Assembly (NCBI GenBank): GCA_963737265.1
Contig: CAVTRY010000023.1
Location: 1-64,000 of the forward strand
From: an uncultured delta proteobacterium
GTDB taxonomy: Bacteria; Myxococcota_A; Polyangia; Fen-1088
Length of the DNA: 64,000 bases
Direction of reading: 5' to 3'
The notes beneath the pieces were generated by a model. It did not search any database. It saw only the letters and a program-made list of their open reading frames with translations, and was not told where the DNA came from. Made by a program: the position numbers and the translations under genes. Of this stretch, positions 18,885-29,394 are shown one piece after another (positions within the stretch are counted from its first letter, which is position 1; each line of letters begins with the position of its first letter).

Positions 18885-20177
18885 ATGACGGACACGACAC
18901 GCCAACGAGCCGCCGGTCGCAGATTCCACCGGCTACATGACTGTCTGCTCGCAGGCATCGTGTGCCTGAGCGCCTGTTCATCCACGGGCGCTGGCGGACA
19001 GGGTGCGGGCGGCACGCAAGTGGCCATCGGTGCAACGGGCGGCGCATCGAGCGCTGGTGGTGCCTCGGGCGGCACACCTTCTGCCGGTGGCGCGCCTGCG
19101 TTTCCCTCCTCGGGCGGCGCGAGCTCCGTGGGCGGCGTCGCCTCGACCGGTGGGGTGTTGTCCTCCGGCGGCAGATCTGCCACGGGAGGCGGGACCTCCA
19201 CCATAGGAATCTCACGGACCGGCGGCGCAACTGCGACCGGCGGCACCACCTTCACGGGCGGCACCACTTCCACCGGCGGTTCCAATTCCACCAGTGGTTC
19301 CACCGTCGATGGCGGCGTGGCGCCGGACTATGTTGCCCGCAAATGGGCGCGCTGGCCCATCCCCAATCCGCCTTCCATGTCGCTGCCGCACCCGATGAGC
19401 TACACCGTGGGAACCGACGGCATCACGGACACCATCACAGGCCTGGTGTGGCAGAAGTCCACCAACACCGCGACCACGACCTGGGCCGACGCCATCGCCT
19501 ACTGTCAGTCGCTCGGCACTGGGTGGAGCCTGCCTACGCGCATCGAGCTGACGTCAATTCTCGACAACACGCTTTCCCGGGCCAAGGTCAACTCGCAGTT
19601 CACCTTCGGGAAATCCGCCGGCTGGGTCTGGGCCTCGACCCCGTGGGTGGTGAACGAGCGCAAGAGCCTGACCGGCGCCTCTGCGCTGTCGTGGTTCATC
19701 AACTTCTCCGCCGGCGATAGCAACAACAGCCTGTCGCAGACGGCGGCCAGCGCCTATTCCCGCTGCGTGAAGATCCCCACCACGCAGGCCTTGCCCGCAA
19801 GCCACTACACCATCGCCAATGGCGAGGTGACGGACAACTACACTGGCCTCATCTGGCAGCAAGGCGATTCGGGGGCGACGCCGTCGAATACCTGGGATCA
19901 GGCCGCAGCCTATTGTACGGAACTGGCGTTGAACGGCCAGACCTGGCGCTTGCCCAGCCTCAACGAATTGGCCAGCATCGTGGACGACGTGCCGACCGGC
20001 AATGTGTCGCCCGCGGTCGATCACACCGCCTTCCCGACCACCAGCTCGAACCAGATCTACTGGTCCGCCAGTTCCTACGGCACCGGCACCGCCGAGCGCT
20101 GGACCCTGAACTTCATGGACGGCTTCACGTCGCACAAGGTGATCGCCACCCTGGCCATCGTCCGCTGCGTGCGCTGA
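18885..20177 (+). CDS. Lipoprotein with two DUF1566 (Lcl C-terminal-like) domains
   Basis: Lipobox LSAC; D..TGL(V/I)WQ, W..A..YC, W.LP...EL motifs twice; ends VRCVR. Confidence 0.88.
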   Translation: MTDTTRQRAAGRRFHRLHDCLLAGIVCLSACSSTGAGGQGAGGTQVAIGATGGASSAGGASGGTPSAGGAPAFPSSGGASSVGGVASTGGVLSSGGRSATGGGTSTIGISRTGGATATGGTTFTGGTTSTGGSNSTSGSTVDGGVAPDYVARKWARWPIPNPPSMSLPHPMSYTVGTDGITDTITGLVWQKSTNTATTTWADAIAYCQSLGTGWSLPTRIELTSILDNTLSRAKVNSQFTFGKSAGWVWASTPWVVNERKSLTGASALSWFINFSAGDSNNSLSQTAASAYSRCVKIPTTQALPASHYTIANGEVTDNYTGLIWQQGDSGATPSNTWDQAAAYCTELALNGQTWRLPSLNELASIVDDVPTGNVSPAVDHTAFPTTSSNQIYWSASSYGTGTAERWTLNFMDGFTSHKVIATLAIVRCVR

Positions 20178-20238
20178 CTGCGACCACGCCGGCAACAAAC
20201 CAGGGGCGTGGTACTCTCTTCCTCCATGATCGAAAACA

Positions 20239-21187
20239 TTAGGAAACCAGGTGCGGGTTCTGACTCGTGCCGGCCGTGGTGACGGTCTTGTCCGAGGCGC
20301 CCGTGGTGAAGTGCTCTAGCTTGATGGCCGCCTGGTAGCTCCACGTGGTCCAGTATCCGGTGGTGCTGGCGTTGACGATGTCGCCCCCGAACAAGGTACC
20401 GTCACAAGTGGCGCTGGCGAGGACGCAGAGGTTGTTGACGTCGCCGCAATGCTGTGCGTCGGGACCGCCTTGCCCGTCTCTGGTCAACACGATCACGCCA
20501 CCGTTGGCGTCCGAGGGGCGTGCCGACCATCTGATCGTTGCAGTCGAGATTGGCGATGTGGACTTGGCTGGTGGTGCTGCTGCCGTAGTGCGAATAGCCG
20601 GTCATCCACGCGACGAGCGAGCCACCGCCAGGCTTGGCGGCGATGGCCAGTGGGATATTGTAGGTTTCGTCCGTCGAGTAGCTCAGGGCAGCGCCCAAAC
20701 TGACATTGGTAATGCGCACCGTGGGCGCCGAGCACGACGTGGCCGTCGGGGCCGTGCAGGTGCCCGGACAGTTGCCGCTCACGGTGCCTGGGATCGTGGT
20801 CCCGCCCGTGCCAGGCGCGCCGCTCCCGCCCGTGCCGCTGCCGCCTGTCCCCGTGCTTCCGCCCGCTTGCGTGCCCCCGGTGCCTGGGCCTGGGCCGCGG
20901 GTACCCGCGCCGCCGGTACCCGCGCCGCCCGTACCAGCACTGCCCGTGCCCGTGGCGGTGCCTCCGGCTCCACCCGGTGTCGTGCCGCCGGTCCCGATCC
21001 CGCCGCTACCAGAGCCCGCGCCGCCCGAGCCCACCGTGCCACCGCTCCCTACCACGCCGCCACTTGCGGTTGTTCCGCCGGTCCCAGGTAGGGGGTGTGT
21101 CGAAGCTGTGCTGTTGCATCCGCCAAGCGCCAGCACCGTCAAGCATGGCAGCACACCCAACCCGCTGGCGATCCGTGCGTGTTTCAT
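20239..21187 (-). pseudogene. Secreted lipoprotein, broken (frameshift or internal deletions near 20515)
   Basis: Lipobox LGGC and GT linker in ORF 20402-21205; plausible continuation in ORF 20239-20496. Confidence 0.6.
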
Positions 21188-21286
21188 CGGTGACCCTCTC
21201 GTCAAAGGCGTAACCTCATAGGTAACGGCAGCGACATGGCCAAATCGATCGCGAATAGTGCGTTGGCGAGGTCAGGCATTCAAGAG

Positions 21287-22264
21287 TCAATGGGTCCTGG
21301 CGCAACGAGCCCCGACGATGCCGTGGTAGTCGGGGTGGTAGACGTGGCGCGTGGCCGACCTGAGTGTCGCGGGGATGTCGTCGAAAGCGCCGCTCCGGAA
21401 ATTCCGGAAGGAGACTCCTGTCACGACGGCACAGTCATGGCATGGCATGGGGAACGTGCTTGAATTCCCGTCGAGTGTCCACTCCCACGCATTCCCGCCC
21501 AGGTCGGACTGACCCCACTTCCCGTCGCCTTTGGGCGACTTCGACCCGACGATCTGTAGGCTTTTGCACGTGCCGCCGCAGTAGGCGGCGTAGCTATCAT
21601 CGATTGTCTTAGAGTTGGGCGGGCGCGACCACGGATAGTACCGCTGCTCGCTGCCCCCGGAGGCCGCGTAGTTCCACTCCGCCTCGGTCGCCAGCCGGCC
21701 CCCGTCCCATGCGCAGAACGCGAACGCCGTGTACCAGTTTAGACAGTTGACCGGCTTGCTTTCGTTGCTGCCCGGCGCGTCCGTCCAGCTCTGATAGGCC
21801 GCGAAGCACTTCTGAGCGGTCTTCAGCGCGACTGCGTCCACGGCAAGATTGGTGTTCCACGTTGAGCTCCAGCCAGAGCCCGCGATCCTTGGATGTGCGC
21901 CCGCGCCTTCGCCAGGCGGGCTTTTCTGCGTGCCCATGCCCGCGTTCACGAACATCCGGAACCGGCCTACCGTAACCTCGTACTTGTCGAGGTAGAAGTC
22001 ACTCACCGTCGCCGGGTAGTTCTTGTCCACATAGTCCACACCGTCGTAGCTCCGATAGAATGTTCCGCCGGGAACCAGCAAGCTCTTGCAACAGTCATCG
22101 TTCCCCGATGGCCCGCAGGTCGCCGCCAGTCCTTTGCAACTTGGTGCCGTTCCAGCCCACGTGCCGCCATGGCCGCGACTCTTTCCGCACTTGCAACCCG
22201 CCGGAAGCAGCAACCCGAAAAATACTATGCCAATGGCGAGACAGGGACGGGCAAGTGAAGTCAT
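21287..22264 (-). CDS. Formylglycine-generating enzyme (SUMF1/FGE-sulfatase) family lipoprotein
   Basis: VPGGTF, LDKYEVTV, PVNCLNW..A.AFCAW, RLATEAEW, DLGGNAWEW, GARCAR. Confidence 0.9.
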   Translation of the reverse strand: MTSLARPCLAIGIVFFGLLLPAGCKCGKSRGHGGTWAGTAPSCKGLAATCGPSGNDDCCKSLLVPGGTFYRSYDGVDYVDKNYPATVSDFYLDKYEVTVGRFRMFVNAGMGTQKSPPGEGAGAHPRIAGSGWSSTWNTNLAVDAVALKTAQKCFAAYQSWTDAPGSNESKPVNCLNWYTAFAFCAWDGGRLATEAEWNYAASGGSEQRYYPWSRPPNSKTIDDSYAAYCGGTCKSLQIVGSKSPKGDGKWGQSDLGGNAWEWTLDGNSSTFPMPCHDCAVVTGVSFRNFRSGAFDDIPATLRSATRHVYHPDYHGIVGARCARTH

Positions 22265-22313
22265 TCCCTCAACATTATCAAAGGATTTCAGTTAGCTCAC
22301 GTAGGCGCCGCGG

Positions 22314-23411
22314 TTAGTTGCCCCAGAACGCTTTCGCCTCGTTTCCGAGCCGTGTCAGGCCGGACGCGCTGGCGTGACAGCCGTCAGAAGATTCGCCCTT
22401 TGTGGTGTCGAGGTTGAACGTGCCGAGGTAGGTGAGGTCCTGATTTACGGTCGAGTCCTTGGCGATAGCTTGTGCCTCTGTGTCAGTCCACTCGGCACCA
22501 CCGGGGCCTGCCAGGCTGCAGGTGTGTCCAGCCTCGTACTGGGGCTGACCCACGATATAGATATGCGTGCCCGGGTTGACGTGAGCACGCACCGCTGTGA
22601 TCATCGACCTGACGTTGGGATCGCTATGCGTGCTCAGGACACAGATCTGGACCATGATCGCCTTAACCTTGTTAATGCCGCCCATCGCTGCCAACTTGGT
22701 GGCGTAGAGGCTCCAAGCGTTGCCACCTACCATCCAATTCTCTACCACCTGGGCGCCCGTACCATAGCCACTATTGGTCCACATGATCTTGCCGCCAACC
22801 TGCCCGTACCCTTGTCCGATGTTGTCGGCCATCGAGCAGCCAATGTACGCAATCGAGCTCGGGTCAGTCGGGGGACAGGGAGTGGCCGTTCCGGCACAGG
22901 CGCCGCCGGTCGAGCCGCCAGTGCCGGTCGTTCCACCTTTTGCGGTCGTTCCGCCCATACCGGTCGTTCCGCCCATACCGGTCATTCCGCCCATACTGAT
23001 CATTCCGCCAGTTCCAGGAGTCCCACCGGATCCGGTTTGGCCACCAGCGCCAGTACTACTACCGGAGCCCATTGTGCCGCCCGACGTCGAAGCACCGCCC
23101 GTCCCGGTTTCTCCGCCGGTTCCCACGCGGCCCCCGGTCGCGCTCGCGCCGCCGCTGCCAATGGAACCGCCCGAGTTCGTGGCTCCGCCACTGCTGACAG
23201 TGCCGCCCGAGCTCGTGGTTCCCCCACTGCCGACGGTGCTGCCACCTGAGCCCTGGCTGCCGCCACTGGTGCCACCGCTGGCAGGAGGACTGGTCTGTCC
23301 GCCCGTTCCGTTTGCGCTATGGCCCTCGGTCGAAGAGCTACAGCCGATAAGTGCGAATGCAGCCAAACCGAGTGGCAAACAGACATAGCTGACGGCGCAA
23401 GAGTACTTCAT
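22314..23411 (-). CDS. Lipoprotein with long Gly/Thr/Ser linker and SGNH-like C-terminal domain
   Basis: Lipobox LIGC; IAYIGCSM and DGCH resemble SGNH blocks I and V. Confidence 0.65.
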   Translation of the reverse strand: MKYSCAVSYVCLPLGLAAFALIGCSSSTEGHSANGTGGQTSPPASGGTSGGSQGSGGSTVGSGGTTSSGGTVSSGGATNSGGSIGSGGASATGGRVGTGGETGTGGASTSGGTMGSGSSTGAGGQTGSGGTPGTGGMISMGGMTGMGGTTGMGGTTAKGGTTGTGGSTGGACAGTATPCPPTDPSSIAYIGCSMADNIGQGYGQVGGKIMWTNSGYGTGAQVVENWMVGGNAWSLYATKLAAMGGINKVKAIMVQICVLSTHSDPNVRSMITAVRAHVNPGTHIYIVGQPQYEAGHTCSLAGPGGAEWTDTEAQAIAKDSTVNQDLTYLGTFNLDTTKGESSDGCHASASGLTRLGNEAKAFWGN

Positions 23412-23717
23412 TGGACGGACCCTCCTCATCTTCGATCGCCTGCATGAATGTCGATACCCGACATAGGCGCGCAGATGGGCAAATCGATCACACAATCGTC
23501 ATTTCGCCACCCACGGCAGCGATTGGTGCACCGCGATCGCGGTTGACAGCGTACGCGCCCGCTATCAGCGGACCTTCGGTTTCCTGGTCTCAAGAGGCAA
23601 TGGGCAGCGAGTCACCCGAATCGTTCACGAAAAGCGCCGCCGTCCCTTTTGCGTTTTTCGTGATCGATTCGCCCTTCCTCCCGCCCTAGAGGGTTAGGTC
23701 GTCCGTGGAAATGGCCG

Positions 23718-24281
23718 ATGTTCGAAAGTGCAATGATCGCCATGCCTGAGGTTCCGGTTGCGCGTCCTGCAGCGGATCATGCGCGGCTCGAACGGATGTT
23801 CGCAACCTACCATGCCACGGTTTGGCGAATCCTGCGCCGGCGCGGCTTGAGCAGAGACGCGGCGTCCGACGCCAGCCAAGAGGCCTTCACCATCGCGGTG
23901 GAACGCTTGCACGAAATTCAGCCAGACAGCGAACGTTCTTTTCTGATTCGCGCTGCCTTGCAGGTGGCACGTACGCTGGCGCGAAGGAACATGCGGTGGC
24001 AGCTGGAGGACGACATGGACCAACGAGGCCTCCCGGGACGCGCCACCGACCAGAGGCGCGCGGACATAGAGCTTTGCGATCTGGCGCTTGCCAAGGTCGA
24101 CCCGGACTTGGCCGAGGTCTTCGTGCTCTTCGAGCTCGAAGAGCTGTCGTCACCGGAGATCGCTTCGTTGCTGGAGATACCGCTCGGCACCGTGGCATCG
24201 CGATTGCGCCGTGCGCGCAAGGAATTTCGCGACGTGTTTGCACGCCTCGAACGAACCATGCATCGTGAGGGAACATCATGA
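23718..24281 (+). CDS. ECF RNA polymerase sigma factor
   Basis: Region 2 ASDASQEAF; region 4 EIASLLEIPLGTVASRLRRAR. Confidence 0.9.
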   Translation: MFESAMIAMPEVPVARPAADHARLERMFATYHATVWRILRRRGLSRDAASDASQEAFTIAVERLHEIQPDSERSFLIRAALQVARTLARRNMRWQLEDDMDQRGLPGRATDQRRADIELCDLALAKVDPDLAEVFVLFELEELSSPEIASLLEIPLGTVASRLRRARKEFRDVFARLERTMHREGTS

Positions 24282-25058
24282 GCCGTAGCGACCCCAAACG
24301 CTTGCGCCTGGTCGCGAGCAGCCCGCTCCAGCGACGAGTGCTCGATGCGACGGCACAAGAGGCACCCTCGCCGGAGGAGCGTGACCGCATGGCTCGGGCG
24401 CTCGGAGTGTCGGCCGCGGCCATTGGCGTGGCCTCCGGAGCAGCCTTGGCCAAGACGACCGTCCTGGCGTCGAAGGCGGCGGTGGGCGCAAGCGCGAGCA
24501 CGACCGCAGCTCTGCCGTGGATCACCGTCGGGGTGGTGGGCCTGGCGCTGGCTGGTGCCATCGTTGGCACCCGGGCGTGGAAGAAGCCAGTGCGTCCCCC
24601 AACGTCTCCGGCTCCAGCGGCTATGGCATCCGCGCCCGAGCCGGCTGCATCGGTCGAGCCCGCGCCTGCCGCAACCGTGCCCCTGGCCGTGACAGACCCG
24701 GCGGCGCAGGCACCGGCTCCGCTGCGGCCAGAATTGTCGGCCACGAGCCCTGGACGCCGGGCGCGGACAGCCACCATGCCCTCCGATGTGCGAGAGCAGA
24801 GCGCGCTGGTCGATGCTGCTCGGAACGCCGTATCGTCAGGTGCGGCCGACCGAGCGTTGGCGCTGCTACGCCAGTATCGGGACAAGTACCCGGGCGGCAT
24901 TTTTCGTCCCGAAGCCGCCGCTCTCAAGAATCGAGGCGCTGGCGCAGCTGGGCCGGGGCGCCGAGGTTCGCGTCTTGGCCAACCGGTTCGTGGCCGAGTA
25001 CGGCGACGGACCGCTCACGGAGCGCGTGAGGCATGTTGCTGGTTTGGCGCAGCCTTGA
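24278..25058 (+). CDS. Putative anti-sigma factor with TM helix and C-terminal TPR-like domain (frameshift near 24928)
   Basis: Overlaps sigma stop (ATGA); Y..KYPGG.F.PEA continues as IEALAQLGR...F.AEYGDGP in ORF 24786-25058. Confidence 0.7.
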
Positions 25059-25079
25059 CCGAGTCGGGCCGCAAGCCGG

Positions 25080-26228
25080 CTACCACAGACGGAATCCCAC
25101 CCCGACGCCGGCCGAGGTCGTGAAGCGCGAAGCGGTGTGGAACGGCGTCGTCGCAAACTCGAAGGAATCACGCCACAGCGTGAGCCCGGTCTCGATGCGC
25201 GCGGAAAGCTCGGCCCGCGAACCCAGGTCCACGGTGAGGACAGAGGCAGCTCCAGCGGCCGCAAAGAGCTTCGCGAACCTGGTGGGGGCGTCGGTGTCCG
25301 AGCCGCTGGCCGATAGACGACCAACGAGCACCGCCGCGCAGGCCCGCACGTTCACGACCGACGCGCGTACTCGAAGTGCGCACGCGTCGAGCGTGGCGGC
25401 ATCGAGCGCAAAGGCGGCCTTTCCGCCCGGCTCTGCCAAGTCGCTTCGCCAAGCGTGGAACGCCCCAATCGCTAGGGCCGGTGACCAGAAGGCATCTCGG
25501 CCCCGGGCATGGACTGCGTATACGGCAATGCCAGGCATGACGGTTGGCGCTGGTCCCCAGATGGTCTGGCCGACCAGATGGACGCTTGTGCGAGGCGGGG
25601 CGCGGGGTGCTTGGGTGGAAGTCGAGCCTGCCACGGTCGGACCCGGGAGCGAGACCTGCGGCGGCGGAAGTGGTCGCCCCGGTTCCTTGGCGCTCAACTT
25701 CTCGGACAAATCGCTCCCCGGCGAGGGTGTCCCATGCGGGGCCATCGACGCTCCGGAGCGTCGGCCTGGCGACCCATTCATGTCGGACTCGCCGGCAGCA
25801 AAGGTGCGATGCTCCTTCACCCACACTGGATCGAGCGCAATGGCGATCATGAGTGCCACCGCATCCGTCGCTTCGGCACAGGTGCGTGTCACCAGCCGGC
25901 GCGGTGCGCGGGCGACCCCGGACTCGACCATCACCAACTCAGCGCTCATCCCACCGGAACCCGCCACGCCGAACGTGGCTCGCACACCAATCGCGGCGGC
26001 ATCCCCCACAAACTGGATGCGTGGCGAGCGGGCGGCGACGCGGGCGATCAGATCGGCTGAATCGGTGCAGTCGGAAGGTGCGCGCATTTCGAGTCGCGCC
26101 CGCGCAATTGGAGCCTGCGTCGAGGCGGAGGGAGTGCCGACCCCGACGGCAGCTGGCAAGGTGGCCAACACGACGACGACCCAGATCATCGCGTGGATGG
26201 TAGCATTGCGGAATGGTGCGGATGTCAA
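25080..26228 (-). CDS. Hypothetical secreted/outer-membrane protein
   Basis: Signal-like N-terminus, C...C.EA.DAVAL..A.ALDP motif, Pro linker, beta-rich C-terminus ending GFRLW. Confidence 0.65.
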   Translation of the reverse strand: MTSAPFRNATIHAMIWVVVVLATLPAAVGVGTPSASTQAPIARARLEMRAPSDCTDSADLIARVAARSPRIQFVGDAAAIGVRATFGVAGSGGMSAELVMVESGVARAPRRLVTRTCAEATDAVALMIAIALDPVWVKEHRTFAAGESDMNGSPGRRSGASMAPHGTPSPGSDLSEKLSAKEPGRPLPPPQVSLPGPTVAGSTSTQAPRAPPRTSVHLVGQTIWGPAPTVMPGIAVYAVHARGRDAFWSPALAIGAFHAWRSDLAEPGGKAAFALDAATLDACALRVRASVVNVRACAAVLVGRLSASGSDTDAPTRFAKLFAAAGAASVLTVDLGSRAELSARIETGLTLWRDSFEFATTPFHTASRFTTSAGVGVGFRLW

Positions 26229-26983
26229 CTGTCGCGCGTAGGACCCTACGATTGCTCTCGGGGATTCTCGTGCTCGGCAGCTGTGCGGGCGACATGCTTC
26301 GACTCGGCAACGGACGAGACGGCGCCGGCGCCACGGGCGACGCAGCCGACGCGCAGGAACCAGACAGCACCGGCGCCGCCGTCGACGTCGCCAATTGTCC
26401 GCACGGCCAGATCAAGGCCAGCGAGGTCACCTGGATCGGCGACACCTGGGTGACCCTGCCTGGCACCCAGCACACGCGGGTCAGGGATCTCGCGCGCTTG
26501 GCCGGGGCCATCGGCCCGACCGATGACTACACAATTCTGGCAGCCCCCGCCACGACCATGGCCGCGATTGCCACACAATACGCCACCCAGGAAGCGAGCC
26601 AGACCAAGGTCAAGGTCCTGATCATGGACGGCGGCACGTGGGACACCATCGTATCGGGCGGGTCGGACGCATCCGTTGCTGATGTCGTGGCCACCTTCCA
26701 GCAGTTCCTAGCCCAGGTCGCCTCCGACGGAACCGTCGAGCACGTCGTCTACTACCTTTGCCCCGAGCTTCCCGGCATCCCAGGGGTTGCGGCCTTGCGA
26801 CCGCTGCTCCAGCAAGCCTGCACAGACAGCTCGGTTCCGTGCCATTTCCTCGATCTGAACCCCCTGTGGGCTGGCCATCCGGAGTACACCGCCAGCAGCG
26901 GCATTCAGTCTTCCGAGGCTGGGGCGAGCGTGATAGCGGACGCGATCTGGGCGATCATGCAGCAGAGCTGCATCGCCCAATAG
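26213..26983 (+). CDS. SGNH/GDSL-like hydrolase lipoprotein (possibly degenerate)
   Basis: Lipobox LGSC; WIGDTW, IMDGG..D; the expected D.IH block reads SGIQ. Confidence 0.7.
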   Translation: MVRMSTVARRTLRLLSGILVLGSCAGDMLRLGNGRDGAGATGDAADAQEPDSTGAAVDVANCPHGQIKASEVTWIGDTWVTLPGTQHTRVRDLARLAGAIGPTDDYTILAAPATTMAAIATQYATQEASQTKVKVLIMDGGTWDTIVSGGSDASVADVVATFQQFLAQVASDGTVEHVVYYLCPELPGIPGVAALRPLLQQACTDSSVPCHFLDLNPLWAGHPEYTASSGIQSSEAGASVIADAIWAIMQQSCIAQ

Positions 26984-27190
26984 CAAGGGAGACCTGTGGC
27001 TGGATACGAATGTGGTCAAGACGAACGGAATCAGGCTTCTGGCCGGAGATATCGCCTTTGAGGGCCCCTGGGAGGCAGCCGTTTCAAGGTATTCGCGGGG
27101 CCCCCAAGTCTCGCCTCTCCCCGCCGGACAAGGCCCACGACGTCTGCGTCGGCGGGTGAGGCGGGCACGAAAAGGCGACTTCTCGGCCGC

Positions 27191-27325
27191 ACCGGTAGGG
27201 ACTGCCCTTGCGGGCCGCCCCCCGGACAGATCCCGGCGAGCGGATTTCCCGCATCGGGCTCCCCCACCTTGGGTCAACGGGTAGCGAAGCGTGCATCGGG
27301 CCAGGGATGATGGATACGGGGGTGG
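27191..27325 (-). mobile_element. Group II intron 3' remnant (end of RT/maturase ORF plus domains V and VI)
   Basis: Minus strand PRIHHPWPDARFATR* followed by GAGCCCGATGCGGGAAATCCGCTCGCCGGGATCTGTCCGGGGGGCGGCCCGCAAGGGCAGTCCCTACCG. Confidence 0.85.
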
Positions 27326-27389
27326 GCTCCTCCCGGGGTAGGACTTGCTTCGTTTCCCTGGTGTCAGTTCATCGTGCTCACCTACAGTC

Positions 27390-27555
27390 CATCTCGATCG
27401 CCTGGGCGAGCCGTTTTTCACGACCAAGCCCACCGGCGGCGGCCCGGGACTCGGCGTCTTTCTGGCCCGAGCCGTGGCCGAGCGCCTGGGGGGCGGCCTC
27501 ACGTTCGAGTCCCAGCTCCGACGCGGCACAGTCGCTCGTCTGAGCGTTCCGCTTT
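27390..27555 (+). pseudogene. Histidine kinase HATPase_c C-terminal fragment
   Basis: LDRLGEPFFTTKPTGGGPGLG....AERLGG.LTFES...GT. Confidence 0.75.
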
Positions 27556-27674
27556 GGGTCCATAGGCAAATCCGCGTGCAGGTCTTCGCTGGGGTTGGCG
27601 GTGAAGAACGAGCAGCGGCGCCGCGGGTCCGCATGGAAGTCGGTCCACCACGCCGGCCCGCGATCGCCGAAGAC

Positions 27675-27712
27675 TTGACGAATGCATATAGTAGTGCATA
27701 ATTCGTATGCAT
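27675..27712 (+). promoter_or_regulatory. sigma70-like vapBC promoter with TGCATA operator repeats
   Basis: TTGACG-16-CATAAT; ATGCATA, GTGCATA and TATGCAT boxes; ATG 8 nt after the -10. Confidence 0.6.
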
Positions 27713-27899
27713 GAGGACCACGGTCGACCTGGATGAAGATCTCATGCGAGCAGCGCTGGACGAGACGCACGCGCGGACGAAAACCGAGGTTATCGAGATG
27801 GGGCTGCGCGCGCTGCTTGAACGTGAAGCGCGGCGGAGGCTGCGTGCCTTGGAAGGGATGATCCCCGATCTGGCTGCCGTGCGACGACGCCGCTCATGA
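27711..27899 (+). CDS. vapB: VapB-family RHH antitoxin
   Basis: MRTTVDLDEDL...TKTEVI..GLRAL; ATGA overlap with PIN gene. Confidence 0.87.
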   Translation: MRTTVDLDEDLMRAALDETHARTKTEVIEMGLRALLEREARRRLRALEGMIPDLAAVRRRRS

Positions 27900-28285
27900 A
27901 GCCGGTTCTGATCGACACCTCGGTCTGGCGCTACTTCTTTGCCGGGCGCACGGCCGCTCGCCCGTTGGCCACACTCTTGGATGAAGAGGGCATCGTTCTC
28001 GTGCATCCGCTGGTCCTCGGCGAGCTCGTCTTAGGCGGGCTATCCTCGGAGCAGGAGCACCTGCTGCAAAGGCTTCCGACGGTCGAGCGTGTCCCATACG
28101 ATGAGGTTCTTTCTTTCATCAGACGACGCCGACTGGCTCGCAGGGGGATCGGATGGGTCGATGCCGAGATCGTCGCCAGTGGCCTGACATCAGGGGCCGA
28201 GGTGTGGTCCTTCGATGGTGCGCTCGTCGCGGTTGCGGGCGGGCTCGGCGCGGCGTTCGAAGCCAAACGGCCCTCGGCTCACTAG
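27896..28285 (+). CDS. vapC: VapC PIN-domain toxin
   Basis: LIDTSVW, VLGEL, GIGWVDA, VWSFD acidic residues. Confidence 0.9.
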   Translation: MKPVLIDTSVWRYFFAGRTAARPLATLLDEEGIVLVHPLVLGELVLGGLSSEQEHLLQRLPTVERVPYDEVLSFIRRRRLARRGIGWVDAEIVASGLTSGAEVWSFDGALVAVAGGLGAAFEAKRPSAH

Positions 28286-28369
28286 CTAGGCATGAGGAGG
28301 ATGATTACGCCTGCATTGCCGGGGCCAGCGACACGAGTGGATCGGCTTGCGACGAGCCATGCAGCGAGC

Positions 28370-28622
28370 GGCTCCTGACACAGTCCTGATCCGCGGCGTC
28401 ACCTCCATCGTGTCACCGATGGGCGAGGTGATCGCGGGACCCTTGTATGGGCAGCCCGGCATCGTGACCGCCGACATCGATCTGGACCCGATTATCCAGG
28501 GCAAGTTCGATCTCGACGTGATCGGGCGCTATGCGCGACCGGACATCTTCCGTCTGGAAGTGAACGAGCAACCCAGCCCGCCGGTCGTCTACTCCTCGTC
28601 GCCATCCGGGAGCCGACGATAG
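28370..28622 (+). pseudogene. Nitrilase-family C-terminal fragment
   Basis: SIVSPMGEVIAGPL...ADID....GKFDLDV.G.YARPDIF. Confidence 0.8.
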
Positions 28623-28640
28623 CGCCCCATGCGGCTTCGA

Positions 28641-29162
28641 CTATCCGCCGTCGATCACGATCACGTACTCGGTCTTTTCCTCGGGCGCGAGATCGACGAG
28701 TCCACGATCAAAAGTTGCCAATCGGCCGTCGCGACGGATGGTGAGGGCAAGCAGGTGCGCGTCGGTCACCTGAGCATGGCTTCCCAGGCGTTCCCAGGCG
28801 ATGTGCTGGTTACTGGCGATCTCGATATCGTCGGGCCAAAAAGTGTGGCCAGCGATGGCGGTGATACGACGTAGGACCTCCCTTGCTTCCCCTGGCGAAC
28901 GTGCATCGGGAATCGCTCGGCGATTCGAGGAAACTCGAACAAGCCCGGACTGGGTGAGTGGACAGGTGGCGAACCCGGCTCGCCCGACCTCCTCGAACCA
29001 GTCTAGCGCCGCGTTGTGATGGACATGATTTGGCCACGCCAGCGCAACCAGGACGTTGACGTCGAGAAGGATCGACGGCCCCTGCGCCCGTCTGCGCACG
29101 GGCGGACGGGAACGCGAGGCCAGCGCTTGCCTTTGTAGGGGCACGCGATCACTCGTCTTCAA
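28641..29162 (-). CDS. vapC: VapC PIN-domain toxin
   Basis: LLDVNVLVAL..PNHVHH, TQSG..RVSSN, QVTDAHLLAL, LATFD. Confidence 0.9.
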   Translation of the reverse strand: MKTSDRVPLQRQALASRSRPPVRRRAQGPSILLDVNVLVALAWPNHVHHNAALDWFEEVGRAGFATCPLTQSGLVRVSSNRRAIPDARSPGEAREVLRRITAIAGHTFWPDDIEIASNQHIAWERLGSHAQVTDAHLLALTIRRDGRLATFDRGLVDLAPEEKTEYVIVIDGG

Positions 29163-29388
29163 GCGCAGAGCGGACGATGTCGGCCGTCAGAGGAGCCGCG
29201 TTGGCGGGCACCTCGAAAGTGGGGAAGCCGCGCCGGGTCCTTCCTGTCGGCAACGGCGCGCGTAGACCCTTGCGAGCAAGATCGGAGATAACGGTGCCAA
29301 GCCCCCTTCCTCCTGCCGCAGCCAGACTCCGGGCAGCCCGGTAGACGTCGCTATCAAGGTGAAGCGTGGTTCGAACGGCTGTGCTCAT
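29149..29388 (-). CDS. vapB: VapB-family antitoxin
   Basis: RTTLHLDSDV..AARSLA....LG.VISDLARKGL...GFPTF. Confidence 0.85.
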   Translation of the reverse strand: MSTAVRTTLHLDSDVYRAARSLAAAGGRGLGTVISDLARKGLRAPLPTGRTRRGFPTFEVPANAAPLTADIVRSALEDE

Positions 29389-29394
29389 GAAGGC

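Noticed and set aside
22900-23280. 18-bp and GGT-type repeats in lipoprotein linkers
   Set aside because: Ordinary low-complexity Gly/Thr/Ser linker coding.
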